A stretch of DNA of 64,000 nucleotides from Rhizophagus irregularis (Eukaryota), in assembly GCF_026210795.1 (NCBI RefSeq), contig NC_089434.1, forward strand, positions 1,364,001-1,428,000, read 5' to 3'. Within the stretch, counting starts at the first letter, position 1. Each line of letters begins with the position of its first letter. The notes below the pieces were generated by a model. It had not been told where the DNA came from, ran no database searches, and saw only the letters and a program-made list of their open reading frames with translations. This document shows positions 1-14,015 of this stretch, piece after piece. Both the position numbers and the translations under genes were made by a program.

Positions 1-332
1 ATACCAACTTACCATTAAACTTTTTTATTAGGTTACACAATTAACCCTGGCCAAATTATAATTCCGGCCGAAATTAAGCGCCAGCGGTTAGATTTAGCAA
101 CGCCCAAGCAAAATTACTGTAAAAAAAAAATGGATTTTTCGCCCATTAAATTGTTGCGGCACAGAATGATGATCGATTTTTTTTTTATGACGCATATCGA
201 TTAGCATCGATTTAATCGAAATCGAAAATCGGATCTTAGAATCGAATTATCGAATCTCGAGATTCGATTAAACGCGATCAATCGATTCTTAAATAAATCG
301 GTTCTCATTTTGAGAATCGATTCCAATCACTA
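1..332. mobile_element. Right end of a hAT-like non-autonomous DNA transposon (truncated by window start)
   Basis: Dense ATCGA/TCGAT subterminal repeats at ~170-322 ending in ...GATTCCAATCACTA (rc TAGTGATTGG). This is the same TAG...CTA terminus type as the complete element at 1287-2385. The left end is not visible. Confidence 0.5.
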
Positions 333-1286
333 GAATAAGGTGTCTTTTACATACGATAATAAAATTTATTTTAACTAATTAAATGATAATAATTAAAGGC
401 TTAGTTCTAATTCTGTTAAGTAAAATTACCTATTAATGGGTAATTTGGGGTTTATCGGACTTCTACCTCAATACAATGGTCTAATTGGTCTTATTGTTTT
501 ATCTAATAATTATTTTAGATTAAAATTATCGGAAAAAAAATGCGCCATTTTTGAAGAAGCCATTGGAATCAAAATCTTTTAAACCAATTAAAGAAAAAAA
601 AATTGTTAATTAAAAATTTGGATAAAGAAGATCAAAAAAACCTTGCATTTTTAAAAGAATAAATAAGATTATCATAATGAACACACAAGTAAACAAGAAA
701 TGAAAGACAAAGACAAAATGGCCGACCAAATTAAAACGTTACTTTGTATTACTTTGCATAATAGCTTCACTTCACTAAGTAATACTTACTACTTGAATTC
801 TATTACAAAAAAAGCTCATCATATTTTTTTTTGTAGTGTATATATATATTTTTTATGTATAAAAAAAGATAAGAAAATAATAAAATTTGATACAGAATTT
901 TAACATGTATACTAAGTCTCAACCGTCATACAGGTCAAGATTAATACTTAAGCGGTGTAAATATACATAAGTATAGTACGTATTGTATGTAAGGTATGTA
1001 ACTATAACCATTGTATTCAAGCCGCAGCAACAAAAAATATTGTTATCGAAAAGATCATGGGTATTATTTACGGCAAGATCTGTGGAAAGTCCCTAGGAAT
1101 TCATGAGAATTTTTTTTGTTAGTTTCAAGTTTCAGTAAAATTTTGATATATGAAATAATTAAGACATTTTAATACGTACGAACACTGAAAAGTGATTTGG
1201 CGGTTATACAATTATTCTCGATACATCGTATTCTAACTATGATATCGTTTACTCGTTTTCTCTTCTTTTTAAATATGAGTTTATAG

Positions 1287-2385
1287 TAGTGCTTCGACCC
1301 GGATGAAAACCGTCATCCGGATTACACAAAAAAAAAATCCGGATTATATCCGGATTGACCCGGATTTTGAATCCGGATCAGATAATCCGGATAGAAACCG
1401 GAAACCGGATTGGATTTACAAATGATCGGCAATAATTCTGGCCAGAATTCATAACGCCGGCCAGAATTACAAATTGTGTAACATTAAATTTTCATGCCAG
1501 CCGATAAAAAATTTTTTGCCCGGTGGCTAAACTATTTTTCCGGTGTCACGTGATGTTAATTTCGGCCAGAATTACAAATTTGGCCAAAATTATCCAAGAC
1601 CACGAAATTTACATAATTCCAATTTCATTAAATACTTTTCTTTAAAACAATTTCATATTATTTCAGCATTGTCTCAGACTATTGTTTAACATTTCTTTGT
1701 AAATTAACTAATTATGAAATTTTAAACAAGATATTTTTATATACAGCTAAAGATTACTATAAATAGATGTGTTGGGTTAGTAAGGTAATTTTTTAAGGAT
1801 TTGTTTCTTCTTTCAAAAATTAAAGAATCATTTGAATCAAATTACATAACATTAGTTTTAATTTTTTAAAAAAGTTGTTATAATTATATAGTAAATTTAT
1901 AATATTGAACAATTTTTCATTTTAAAACAATAATTATTATTTTGTTGTAACAAAAATAATATAAAGTTTTTTTTCTTTTGAACGTTTGAATGTGAAATCT
2001 AAAATTATTTGTTATTTGTTAATGTATAAATTTAAATAAACAAATCTGATACAAACTTCAATAAATAAATTATAATTGAAAAATCTTCTTAAACTTACTG
2101 TATTAAAAAGTTTAATAACAAATATAAATTTAATAAATTTTAATAAAAAAATTGGTATTAGGCGCAAAAATAATTAGCCATAATATCATTTAGATATAGA
2201 TCTTTATGGATCAGCAAAATTATTATTAATAAAAAAAAAAATAATAAAAATTTCATCCGGATTCCGGGTCAAACCGGATATTTTTCATCCGGTTTATAAT
2301 CCGGATGAAAACCGTGAAAATCCGGATATCCGAAAAAAAAAATCCGGATCAATCCGGATTGATCCGGATACGGGTCGAGGCACTA
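1287..2385. mobile_element. Complete non-autonomous hAT element (MITE-like, 1099 bp)
   Basis: TIRs TAGTGCTTCGACCCGGA and TACGGGTCGAGGCACTA; perfect 8-bp TSD GTTTATAG at 1279-1286 and 2386-2393; many ATCCGGAT subterminal repeats at both ends; no ORF. Confidence 0.93.
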
Positions 2386-2779
2386 GTTTATAGTGAATAG
2401 AAAGCGGAAAATAGATTATTTAATCTAATCTGGCGTAATTGATTAAATGAGACTACTATCCGAAATCACAACCCGGCATGTGTAACTGATGGTAACTGAC
2501 TACGTTCATCGTTTTTCTTGATTCTTGACATGACTCTTCATCTTTACCACTTTAACAAACTGTATTTCTATAAAATAGTCAAAATGACGTTAGAGTTATC
2601 AAAATAATACGAGTCTATTAATAATGTATTACTTTCGAATCGTGAGAAAAATCGGATGACCATGATCGATAAAAAAATAGAGTAAGATTTTTAAATAGAC
2701 TCTTGAAGGCAATGTAACTTCGTTTTGAAATATAAAAATATTTTTTTTATTATTTTTTTATTATTTTTTATTTTAGACT

Positions 2780-2885
2780 TCGCGAGTCACTATTTTCGCG
2801 AGTTACTATATTTTTGCGAGTTACTATATTTGCGGAAAGTATTATATTTGCACAAGGCACTATATTTACGCAAGGCACTATAAGA
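2780..2885. repeat. Short degenerate tandem repeat (about 6 units of 16-20 bp)
   Basis: Repeated GCGAGTYACTATWTTT / GCAAGGCACTATATTT units. Confidence 0.6.
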
Positions 2886-4905
2886 AATATCAGAGTTGTT
2901 ATCATGACTCATGAATCAATGGAGTCAAGACTAATCAATTTCATTGGCGTATCACGTAATTTATGTGAAAAAGCATTACTCACATATTATGTAAATATAT
3001 CTCAAAAAAAAAACTATATAAATACCTTTACCTTTCCTAACTTTCCCTCATCTTGTTACTTTTCTACCTGGTTGCTTTTCTACTTACAACAAAAATAATT
3101 CATAATTCTTTTTTTTACAAAAATATTTCATTTATTTTTGCCCAATAATGAAGATTAAGTGTTCAAATGTTCCATTTTAATTGTGGTAAGTTGACGAAAA
3201 AAAAATGTTCTGATGATAGTTAGTTTATTACTTTTCTTTTTAGATATCATTTCTTCGCAACAGAAAGACTTCAAAGATATATTAGCAGATGCAAAATATT
3301 AAGGTATTATTTTATCATTAAAATGTTGTGAGGGTTTGAAAGGAAATATCCAAGTGCTTCTTATCAGGGCTTAGCATGTACTTGATAGAGTATGATCTAG
3401 ATGGTGAATTTTAAAATCTCCTATTGAGGAGGAACACGATCTTTTCAATATATTTTAAAATCACCTGTTAATGAGGAACACAACCTTTTTAACAGTCTTT
3501 TTGACATCTTTTTCATGCCAATTATTTGTTTTTATTGAGGTCATTCATAGATTCAGAGAACTGGAAGCACATCGTGGCCACAGTTTGTTGTCTTAGCATA
3601 TGGGGGACAGCTACTGTGAACGTCCTTCTTTGTTTCTAGGAATTTCCAGATGATTACAAATTTTTAAGTGCAAGGGTTTGCTGCATGAATAACAAAAATT
3701 AGTGACTGTAACTTGGTGCAAACCTTGATGAAAACTAACAGTTGTGCATGCATCGCTGAGATGCTGCGACCCTTTTGTTTTTCTGAAGGGCATCTTTATA
3801 TATTTCAGACTAAGCAAAATGTTCTGTTACCATGCCAACCAAATCATTCATATTTTTTGGTTCAATAGTACGGTTTTCAAACTCTGTCTTTATTTAGATC
3901 AACTGCAAATGAATGACATACCATATCTTGCGTTTTCATAATGAATCATGACAACGCGATCACTTCGGACCGAATCTTAAAAATTCCTAATCACCAAGTG
4001 TGGCGAATCATTAGATACTTAATCGAAAACAATCAGCTCAAAGTGAATCTTCACAAAAGGCCTCGAAGTCCCTCCAATACTCATCGATGAATTTCGCCTT
4101 AAAATTTTGGAAATTGCAAAGTTTTATTCACTTTTGTTTATATAGTACGAATATAATTATTCTTTCTAAAAACTGGATTTTTTTAGTTCAAAAAAAATAT
4201 TATCCTGTTTATTAAAATAAATTAATAATTTTATTAAAAATATTTTATCTCGTAAATCCTGTTATTAAAATACTGAAGAGTCACTTATCGAAGATTATTT
4301 AATCGAAAAAAAAAAAATTATCGAAAAAAATACTAAGGTATTAGACATATTTATATTATTTATGTTATTTCAACAACATCTTAATCATAATTCTTTTAAC
4401 TAATCAGTCAAGTCGAATTACTAAGTTTATAAAATACTAATTCATAACAGGCAACAATATTTTTTTTCTTTAGTAATGTACGAACCGGCCCTTATTGACG
4501 GAAATTAGAATTTAATTTTTACTACAACTTTATATTTCTTTAAGCAATTTTTTATAAAATATGGCATAGCATAGGAAGCAAAGCATTTTTTTTTCAAATT
4601 ACCGGTTGTTGTACTCTTCCTAATATGTCACGTGTCATATTGCAGAACCACGATTTTAGTTTTATATAAAAAAAATACATTTTGATGACTAACTTTCACA
4701 AAATACAGTACATAAACGTTTTGGTCGATTCATGTTGTCAATTGATTCGCATGCACGCGTAAATTTATTATTACTATTAAATGAATTTCTATAGTTGATT
4801 CGAAAAATAAAAATAAAAAAAAAATTTAAATAAACTTATATATATAAAAAAAATCTATCCCTAATATTATACGCTAATAAATCTATCCTTTCTTCTATTC
4901 CTTTT

Positions 4906-7298
4906 TTAATTGTTAACACCCAAATCAAAATAATTTTTTCCATTCGCCAAACCAATAAAATCATAAATAATAACACCACTAATTAATAATATACTAATAC
5001 TAGCAGCAGAATAAGATATCATCATACTAAATTTTTTACTAGTACCAGGAAAAGCTTTAAAAGGTTTAACATAATTAAATAAACTATAAAATTCTTCATC
5101 ATCAGTACTAGTACTTCTAGGTGTAGAAGGATGTGAAGGTATATAAGTTTTATCAACCTCATAAATTTCACCAGGTGAAAGAACATTAAGAACATTAATA
5201 TTATTATTATTATCATCATCATTATTATTACTATTACTACTACTTATAGTACTTAAACTATCATTCTTTTTTGTATTCTTTTTTAATACAAAATCAGGTA
5301 ATTCATCTATTGGTACCGCATCAGCTGACATATTACGATAAACTTTTGCTCGTTTTAATCTTTCTAATTGAGGATTTTCTAATTTTTGTTTTTCAAGTTT
5401 TTGTAAATGTCTTTCTAAATGTTTTTGAAATGCTGATTTTTCTTCTCCTTCTCCTTCTAGTGTTGAAGTATCAGGAGTTATAGAAGGTGGTGGTGGTAAA
5501 GAAATTATTGGTTCACGATTAAAATAATCTTTATTCTTATTCTTATTATCATCAATATTTTTATTTTGTTGTTTTTCATTTGATTCAGCTTCTTCTCTAG
5601 CTAATTCTAATGTTTGTAACATTTTAGCTTTCTTTTGACTTAGATGAAATAAACAAAATGGCAATAAAAAATTTGTTATACTAATAAATAATAAACTTGT
5701 CCAATTCGTAAATATATTTAACCAAAATCCTGTTTGAAACGGTAAAGCTACACACCAAGGTATAACCAATGAAATAAACGTTGCCATAGCTGTATTGATG
5801 GTAAAAAAAAAGGATGGATAAATTTAATTCGTTAAAAAAAATTTAATAATAAAAAAATAACACGTGTTCTTTCAATCAAGCGAAAACCACTCTACTTACA
5901 ATAATTACATAATTCAGATCTAACCAAATTATATCGTAATACTATCGTATCAGCTGGTATACTTGCAAGTAAACCACCCAAAGGGAATAATAAAGTAGCA
6001 ATATCAGTGAATATATTATGTATTTTAGAACTTCTTATTTCAGATATTAAATTTGAAGTAAGATCAAAATGAAATGCCATTGCTCCAAATAATCCTATAA
6101 GAATATATGTTAATGTTGTTATTCCTACTGATATCCAAATAACTTTTCTTATTGATACATCTTGATTCTAGATGAGAAAAAAAATGTAAGTATAAATTTA
6201 AATACAAATATTATATTTTATTATATACATACCAAGTCATTTACCATACTTGGAACAGTTATTATAAAAGCGTAATTGAATAATACAGTTCCTACTAATA
6301 AACTATGATCATTACCAATTAATGGAATTCTATTCGGACTTAATCCATTCATTATACAAGCTATTATCCATATAATAATAACAATTATTAACGAAATAAA
6401 TGATAATATTTGTATTTTAACATTTTCTCCTAAATTACAAATTGCCATTGGTATTACGAGAATAAAAGTGATCTGAAAAAAAAAAATTGCATCAGTATTA
6501 TAGTATTACTTTATGTAATTTTATAAAATAAAAAAATTCTTTTTTTTTTCTTACCATGAAACCACCCGTAACAAACATTAATCTATCTCCAAAAGGACTA
6601 TTAAAATTATTTAAATTTTGTACACAAATCCATCCTTTATCAGGATATAAACCTATTCCACAAGTACTTCCAACGAATCTTACTAATATCGCATCAAATG
6701 CTTGTGATGTTAATGCTATCGTTGCAATTATCATTGATTCAACTGATAAAAATAATATTAAATATGAAATTATTCTTAGTATTTTGTTATCAATTAATAT
6801 GCTAAATAAACTTATATACTCTATTTTTTTCTAGAAATTAAAAAATGGAATTAAAAAATTATTTAAGTAAATTACTAAAAAAAAAAAGATTCATGTCAAA
6901 AAATCTCAAACCTGAAATTTTTCATTGCCTGGTATCGAACTTAATGCTTCTACAAGTAATAGTGCTGATGAACACGCTAACATCACCGCTACGCTAAACA
7001 TTATTAATGGTCTACAAAAAAAAAGTATGTTATAACTAGTGTTAGTAATAAAGTTATTTAATTTAATTGTTTATCACTTTATCACTTAATCACTTTATCT
7101 TACGTTATCAATCCTGCCGTTTCAAACAATATTGGGACTATAAGAAATAATAATTTAGTTTTTTGTTGCATTTATCGCGTGAAAATATTCAACCATGAAA
7201 TCATGTGACTCACTCGTAACTAATCCCGGACCTATCATCTCTGATACTAGAAGTGATAACGCTCCTAAGAAAGTAATTCCACTTTGACCACAAACCAT
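4906..7298 (-). CDS. Multi-exon transmembrane amino-acid transporter (Aa_trans/AAAP-like)
   Basis: First exon MVCGQSGITFLGALSLLVSEMIGPGLVT; further hydrophobic exons at 6498-6734, 6221-6448 (GTVLFNYAFIITVPS), 5892-6080 and 4906-5787; separated by GT-AG introns. Confidence 0.75.
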
Positions 7299-8149
7299 TG
7301 TAAAAAATATATATATATTTCCTGTCTAGAATTTCGGTATTTTAATTAATTTGTATATTCGCATTTGAATCTTTAGTTAGACCAAATTAAATGCGAGATA
7401 TCACAGTAAAATGTTTTGATAATTAAATTCCAGAAAATAAAATTTTTTTTTCAAAAAAAAAACCGAAAATAAACCGAAAAAAAAAAGATCCAGCTTTTTT
7501 AAAATAATAATTTTTTTTTTAAACGCTAAATATGATTGTACCCATAAAAGAAAACCAAAAACAATCAATCCCTATATCTCGTTAACCATACATGCTTCGC
7601 CATTCCACTTTAATATCTCCGTATTTTTTTTCATATCAAAATATACATTTATATGAATTTTTATGTGGCTATGTTTTCTTTTTTCATCGAGATGAGGGAA
7701 GATGAGGCTTTTTTTTAATATTAACCTTTCACAAAGTTTTAACTATCAATTACATGAATTATATTGTAAGAAATATATTTTATGGCTTATACTTCCGTTG
7801 AAGAACAAAAAGGGCTCATGAGTGTGTGGCTTAGACGCTTCGGCTATTATGATCTATGTGATCTAACTAGATTTCCTTATTTCTATTCAGATCGATCATT
7901 AAAAAACTATAAACATAAATAAATTTCTTGTATTTCATCTTGTTAATAATTTCTTAATTTAATATATTATTTAAATTAATTATTTATTTACTTACTGAAT
8001 TGAGAATAGGCTAATAATATACTTTAATATATTATGTTCTTTACAATATAGATAGTTCTAAATATAAATCTTGGATAAGTTATTTGTTCTTTAAATTAAT
8101 TACAAATTTTAAATTAATTAATACGTTAAGTATTAAATGTATTACAAAT

Positions 8150-8830
8150 CATGGAACCCCAGCAAATAAATTTATATTGGTCACATGACTCTACGACAAT
8201 CCTCAATGAAGTTACACAACAATGAAAACTTTCGTAGTTAAGAATTAAGAATCCATAAAAAGAACATACTCTCTTCAAGAATAAATAATGATTCACTTAA
8301 AAACATTTTATAAGTGATGGAACACTAAAAGCATTAACAGAAAATGTTAAGTTATGACCAAAGATAAAACTTTTTAATTAATAATTCAAAACAGAAAGAA
8401 TTTGTGAAAATTGTAAACCAAGAAGAATGTTAAGCTACATTATATTGTGAATATTGTGTTCGAAATTATTTAAAAGCAAATTTTTCAAATTGGACATCTG
8501 GAAATAATAATATTGATAATTTAAAACAAAATTGTCAAATGGAAACGAACGCTATCAAATAAGATAGTTGAATAGATCCCATATAATAATTTACAAAATA
8601 TTGATATCTAACAAAAAGAGGATTCTCTGAAATTTATACAGCAGATTGGATTGATGGAAGATAACAAAGAATAGGATTCTAAAGAACAACAATTAAAAAG
8701 ATTTGGAATTTATAAAGTAATACTTAAAAGATTAGAAAATGTTGAAAGTGCAATTGAATCTGGGTTGAAGAGACCTGTAATCAAAATTAATTAGAAAGTT
8801 AATGGTCAAGTATTGTCCTCATGAGATCCA
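8150..8830 (+). pseudogene. Degenerate 5' fragment of a TKL-like kinase gene
   Basis: Homologous to the kinase N-termini at 32.6 and 36.6 kb (RICENC..EC.ATLYCEYCVRNYLKANFSNWTSGN, LENVESA), but with several stops and frameshifts. Confidence 0.85.
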
Positions 8831-9958
8831 CCGAATGGAAATTACATCTTCATAATATAATTAACTTACTAGAATTATTCGTGAAATAAATAATTCATGC
8901 ACTTCTCGTTCAATTCATAACTTTAGCATTTTGGAAATACTTTATTAGCGCGGAAACCTTCTTTATATAGAACCTAAAGTTAACATAAACAATATAACCA
9001 TCAAAAATAGATAAAATTAATATTATTATCTATCAAACAGATTATAAACAAGCGATATTCATATCTAACTGAACAAAGGAAATATTTCAAACGCCAAGAG
9101 TATATTTTTTGACAATTTTTGATTCTCCCATAGAATTTTTTGTTAAAAAAAAAGAAAGAAATACCTATTATGGTCTTAAATGGTCTCATGGTCTTATGGT
9201 CTCCTTTGGCCTTTTCGTTAAAAGACAAAAAAGACAAGAAAAAAAATTTTATATAATCCGCCGCATCTACCCTTTTTAAACATTTTTGCAACAAAACATA
9301 ACGTAATCTCCCATAAAATAAATCGTAACCTGCTCCAAAAAAATCAATGATCAACGGATTTTCATTTTACACAAATGACACAAGAAAAAAATTTTTATTA
9401 AAACGGTGGCAACACGTTATACGTTTACATTATTTTTTCCCCAAATTCCCAAATTCGGTGTTAAATCATAATTCGACTATTATTGGCTCTGTATTACTAA
9501 TTATTAATAGTTTACAAATATTTAAAAAAAGGTATTTTTGCAAAAAGTTCTTTAATAATAATATAGTTGTTGTATTCATGTAAACCTGCTTTTTTAAGTG
9601 CGTTGTTTGACAAACGGGATTTCTTTTTAACTTTAATATCTATCATGATTTTTTTTCCGATTTTTTTTTTATATTTAAAAACTATGAGCAAAAAGCCTCC
9701 GGAAATTTATTCTCATCCCTTGTTTTTTTTCAAACTTTTTGTTTTTTTTCCTCTTTTTCTTAAAAAAAAAATATATATATATTATAATATTTATTCGTAA
9801 AAGGTTATTATACGCAAAAATTTATTATTTTTTCGTTTTTTTTATTACTTTGCCCTTTTTTCTAGTAATATAAATTTTATTTTTTTAATGCGACTGCATG
9901 TACGAGAGAACTAAAATGATTAAAATAAATAAAATTATAGTTTGTGTAGCATATTCTT

Positions 9959-10030
9959 GGCTCAATGGTCTAGTAGTATGATTCTCCGTTCGGGTCGGAG
10001 AGGTCCCGGGTTCAATTCCCGGTTGAGCCC
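9959..10030 (+). tRNA. tRNA-Pro(CGG)
   Basis: Acceptor stem GGCTCAA/TTGAGCC; anticodon arm CTCCG-TTCGGGT-CGGAG; T arm CCGGG-TTCAATT-CCCGG; oligo-T tract downstream. Confidence 0.92.
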
Positions 10031-11234
10031 GGTTTATATAAATTTTTTTTTGTAAAATGCAGGAAACCTGCAATTTTACGCAGATCGTCTCTCTATTTTA
10101 TTAAAATATGAATTTTATAATTTAATTCAATGTAAACGGTTAATTAAATCTTAAAAAAATATCAAATCAAAAATAAAAATAAAAATAATTAATTGATTTA
10201 TTGATTTATTGATTTATTGATACATATATACAATTTAAATAATCATCAAATTAGATTCACTATTTTTAGATTTTTTTTTTTAAAAAAAAACAAATTTTTT
10301 AACGATCTTTTGTGTAAAAAAAATTTCCCAAAATTTTACGTAAAAAAAAAAAATATTTTGATTTTCCTTTGAGTTGCATTTTTCTTTGTAATTTGTATCT
10401 TATACTCGGTTTAAAAAAAAATCTATGTTATAAATAAGATAATTGATTAAATGATTTTAAATAAGAAATATACCGAATTTTTACTGATTTATGATATTTA
10501 TTAATTTTTATTAATAATATTTATTATACGATTTACATATTTACCAGATTTACTGAATAAATTTTATGATTAGTTCCCCATATAAAAAATGTTGTACAAA
10601 GTTCATTGAATTCCATATATGTGGTTTCACAATTTCTTATCATGATTTTATTTTTTTTTTTGTCACCAAATCAATATGTATATAAAATTAAAAGATGTAT
10701 TGGGAATAAATTATCAAAAAAACAGGTTTTTTTTTTTATATTCGATTTTATACTATGATAAAAAAGTGATTGAATGACTCCTCTTTTATACATATATGTA
10801 TTTTTTTTTATGTGTATCTTAAAAAACCGGATTTTGAGGTATTGCTTTTAGTATTGCGGTTAAAATGATCTAACCGAAATTCCGAGATACCTTTAAAATT
10901 TCCGAAAATTTTCGGAAATTTTATTATGTATTAAACAAATTTGTATTCATTTTCTTATAGTTAATCCGTATCATTTGTTTATTGGTGAAAAATTTCTTTC
11001 CAAATGTAGAATGATGCATTGTCACAATAGGTTAATTTATTATAATATAACCCAAAAACATGTATAAATAAAAAAAAAAATCTCAAATTTTTTTATGCGT
11101 AAAAAGTACCGTTTTGCTTAAAAAAAAATTTTTTTTTTCTCTCCGTTTTTTTTATAACTTACCGTTTAATCTTAAATATACCAAACTTTATTTCTTTAAA
11201 TAACTATTTTTTATTTTTTAAACACGAACAAAAG

Positions 11235-13352
11235 ATGGTATACTTTTTTAACAAGGGTTCAAATAAAAAAAGAAAGAAAATATATAAATTTAAATATGAA
11301 GATACAACATTGCATAATGAATTTTATGGATACTTAAATCCATCGCAAACTTATTCTATTATATCTTTAAAGAGATTTGTAGACCATGGATTAGATTGTA
11401 ACAGATATCGTTTTGGTAAAGTAACAAATAGTAATCAACTAAGAAATAATAAATTTTCAAATATTGCCGGCGTTTGTGATTTAACAATTTTATTCGAGAA
11501 TTCTGCTAGTGGGCTAAATAATATTAGAATTAATGGTTCTACCACTACTCCTCCGGGTAATGGTAAAAAGGTTGAAAAGAAAATACATAATGTTTTAGTA
11601 TTGAAAGAATCTGATGTGGAATTTAGATTAGGAAATGATTTTATTTCAGACACTAATGCTGTGATCGAACCTAAACCAAGAAGTAATTATAATAATAGAA
11701 AATATACTCATCAACTGAGATTTAAAGATGGTGTTATCGTGGATTTAGAAAAAGTCGACAATTGTAAGTCTCTAGTCCCTTATACGAGCGATCTTTTTTT
11801 TTTTTTATAAAAAATTTCAATTATTAAGCTTCTATCCTTTTTTTTTAAAAAAAAAGTACATGATTTTGACGAAGAAGAGGAAAATGTAAGCAGCGATGAA
11901 GATGATTTTGATGAAAACGATGACTATAATGATGAGAATAGTATCGCGTCAGATACATCAAATGGATGTTCAAAACACAAACTTCATAATAAAGTGATCA
12001 AGTACAAATTTTTCAATAATTTTTTGATAAAATTGAATAATCACGTAGGATTCTGGAATTTTATGATTATTATTACTCTGTTATTCATAATTTTTACCGT
12101 TTCGTATTGTTCTCATAAGGTAAATTGATTTTTTTTTAATTAAAAAAAAAAAAAGATTTTATTCATTTTACTAATATATTCGTTTAAATCAGACTCATTC
12201 ATTAGTTGAGGAATTGGTTATTCCACCTTGTACGTATAAATTTAAATTCTTTATTGTAATATTTTAGTTTCTCAGATATCATCTTTTTTTCTTTTTAAAA
12301 AAAAAAATCTAATTTACTTCCGTAAAATTTATCATAAAGATAATAATCAATTTACTAAGCCAGGTATAGACGATAAACTTGAGGATTATGTAAGAAAATT
12401 AAAAGCTACCACATCATTTCTTGAATTATTTGATCTCGATAAACGGCAAAATCCTAAAACACCTAGAATACAAAAAGCATCGTCATCAGCATCATCAGCA
12501 TCATCAGCATCAACAACACCATCATTATCATCACAACAAAAAGAAGAAGGAGATAGAGTAGAAGGTGAAGAAGAGTTATACACAAATTTAGTAAAATATA
12601 CTGAAAGTTTAGATAATACAAAAAGGACATTATTAGATATGTATAATCAAGAAGTAACTTATGCTTTCATATTTCAACAAAATGTTGAAAATTTAGCAAA
12701 ATATTTATCTTTAAAAAAGAGAAGAAATATTTTACGGATGATACCACTTATAGGAGGTGATGAATATTTTCCATTGACGGAAAATTTTAAAGGGTTAGTT
12801 AATAATGTTGATAATATTATTAATAATACTCTATCAGTAATGGATGAAATGAATACATTACAAGTTTATTGTGAAAGAATCATAAAACAAGTAGAAAAGT
12901 TGAAAGATGAATTAAAATCATTTATAGTTAATGGTAAATCATTAACTGCTTGGTTAAAAACTTTAATAACGAAATTTACGAAAAAGGTTGATAATTTAGG
13001 TGAAATTGATTCTGAAACTGCTTTAAAATGTCAAAAATTATTTATTGCTTTAGATAATGATTTACGTGAATTATTAGATCTTTTCAAAGATTTAAGAATT
13101 AATATAACGTCTCATTTATCTAGTTTATTTGAATTTTCAGAACATTTTAAATTTACGGAAAGATTAACTGATTTAGAAATCAACATTATTAAAAAACATT
13201 TAGTAAATTTACAAAACAATCGTAGAATTATTTTTAGTGAAGTTATTAATATCTTGAAAGATGATAAAGATGAAGATATTTGTCCAGCACCCTCCCCAAT
13301 CTTTCCGTTAGTCCTTCCGTCCAATAGTCAGTTAGCATTGCAAAATTTATGA
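11235..13352 (+). CDS. Multi-exon hypothetical protein (acidic stretch, one TM segment, C-terminal coiled coil)
   Basis: ORFs 11235-11810 and 12639-13352 are joined by short GT-AG-bounded exons. No family recognised. Confidence 0.55.
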
Positions 13353-14015
13353 GGTGGTTGTTATGATGGTGTATCAATTAAAAAAAAAAAAAATTAATCA
13401 AAAAAAAAAATTAATAAACAAAAAAAATTGAATATCAAATTTATTTCTTTATTTATTTTTATTTATTGTAACTGAATAACACAATTTTAATATACATATG
13501 ACTACGCTAATTTTTGATGTTGGTCTTGGACTTTCAGATTCAGCAACTCCATCGGCCAAACCAATTCATATACTGAGGTATCATGATGTTATAAATTTTT
13601 TTTTGATTTTCATGTATGTATGCGCACTGAATTTTCATCTTAATCAACAGGCATTAGATGTCATAGCTAGAAACTATAATGCCATCATAATTATTATTAA
13701 AAAAATTTGATCTCCAAGATACGTTTCTTGAAGGTTATGTAAAACAAAGTATCAATATTCACCTATTTTAAGATGGCACCTTTACTAAAGATTAAAAAAA
13801 ATTCAGAAATTCAGAAATTCAGATATCTTAAAAAATAACGGATCAAATCGACGAATAATTAATTATCTACAGGATAAATAAAAATGATTGGCTGATTTTT
13901 TTGTCATTTTGAGACTATCAAGTATCAACCAACAAATCGTCATTATCGACCTAAAATTTTTTTTTTTTTTTGTCATATATCAAAATCTTTTTTTCTTCCT
14001 TAAGCAATATAAATA

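Noticed and set aside
3200..4100. Slightly GC-richer stretch with exon-like pieces, possible TE relic
   Set aside because: No consistent frame, motif or termini that I can support.
9001..10073. Short ORFs at 9001-9800 and 9885-10073
   Set aside because: F/I/K-rich chance ORFs in AT-rich DNA; the last is the antisense of the tRNA.
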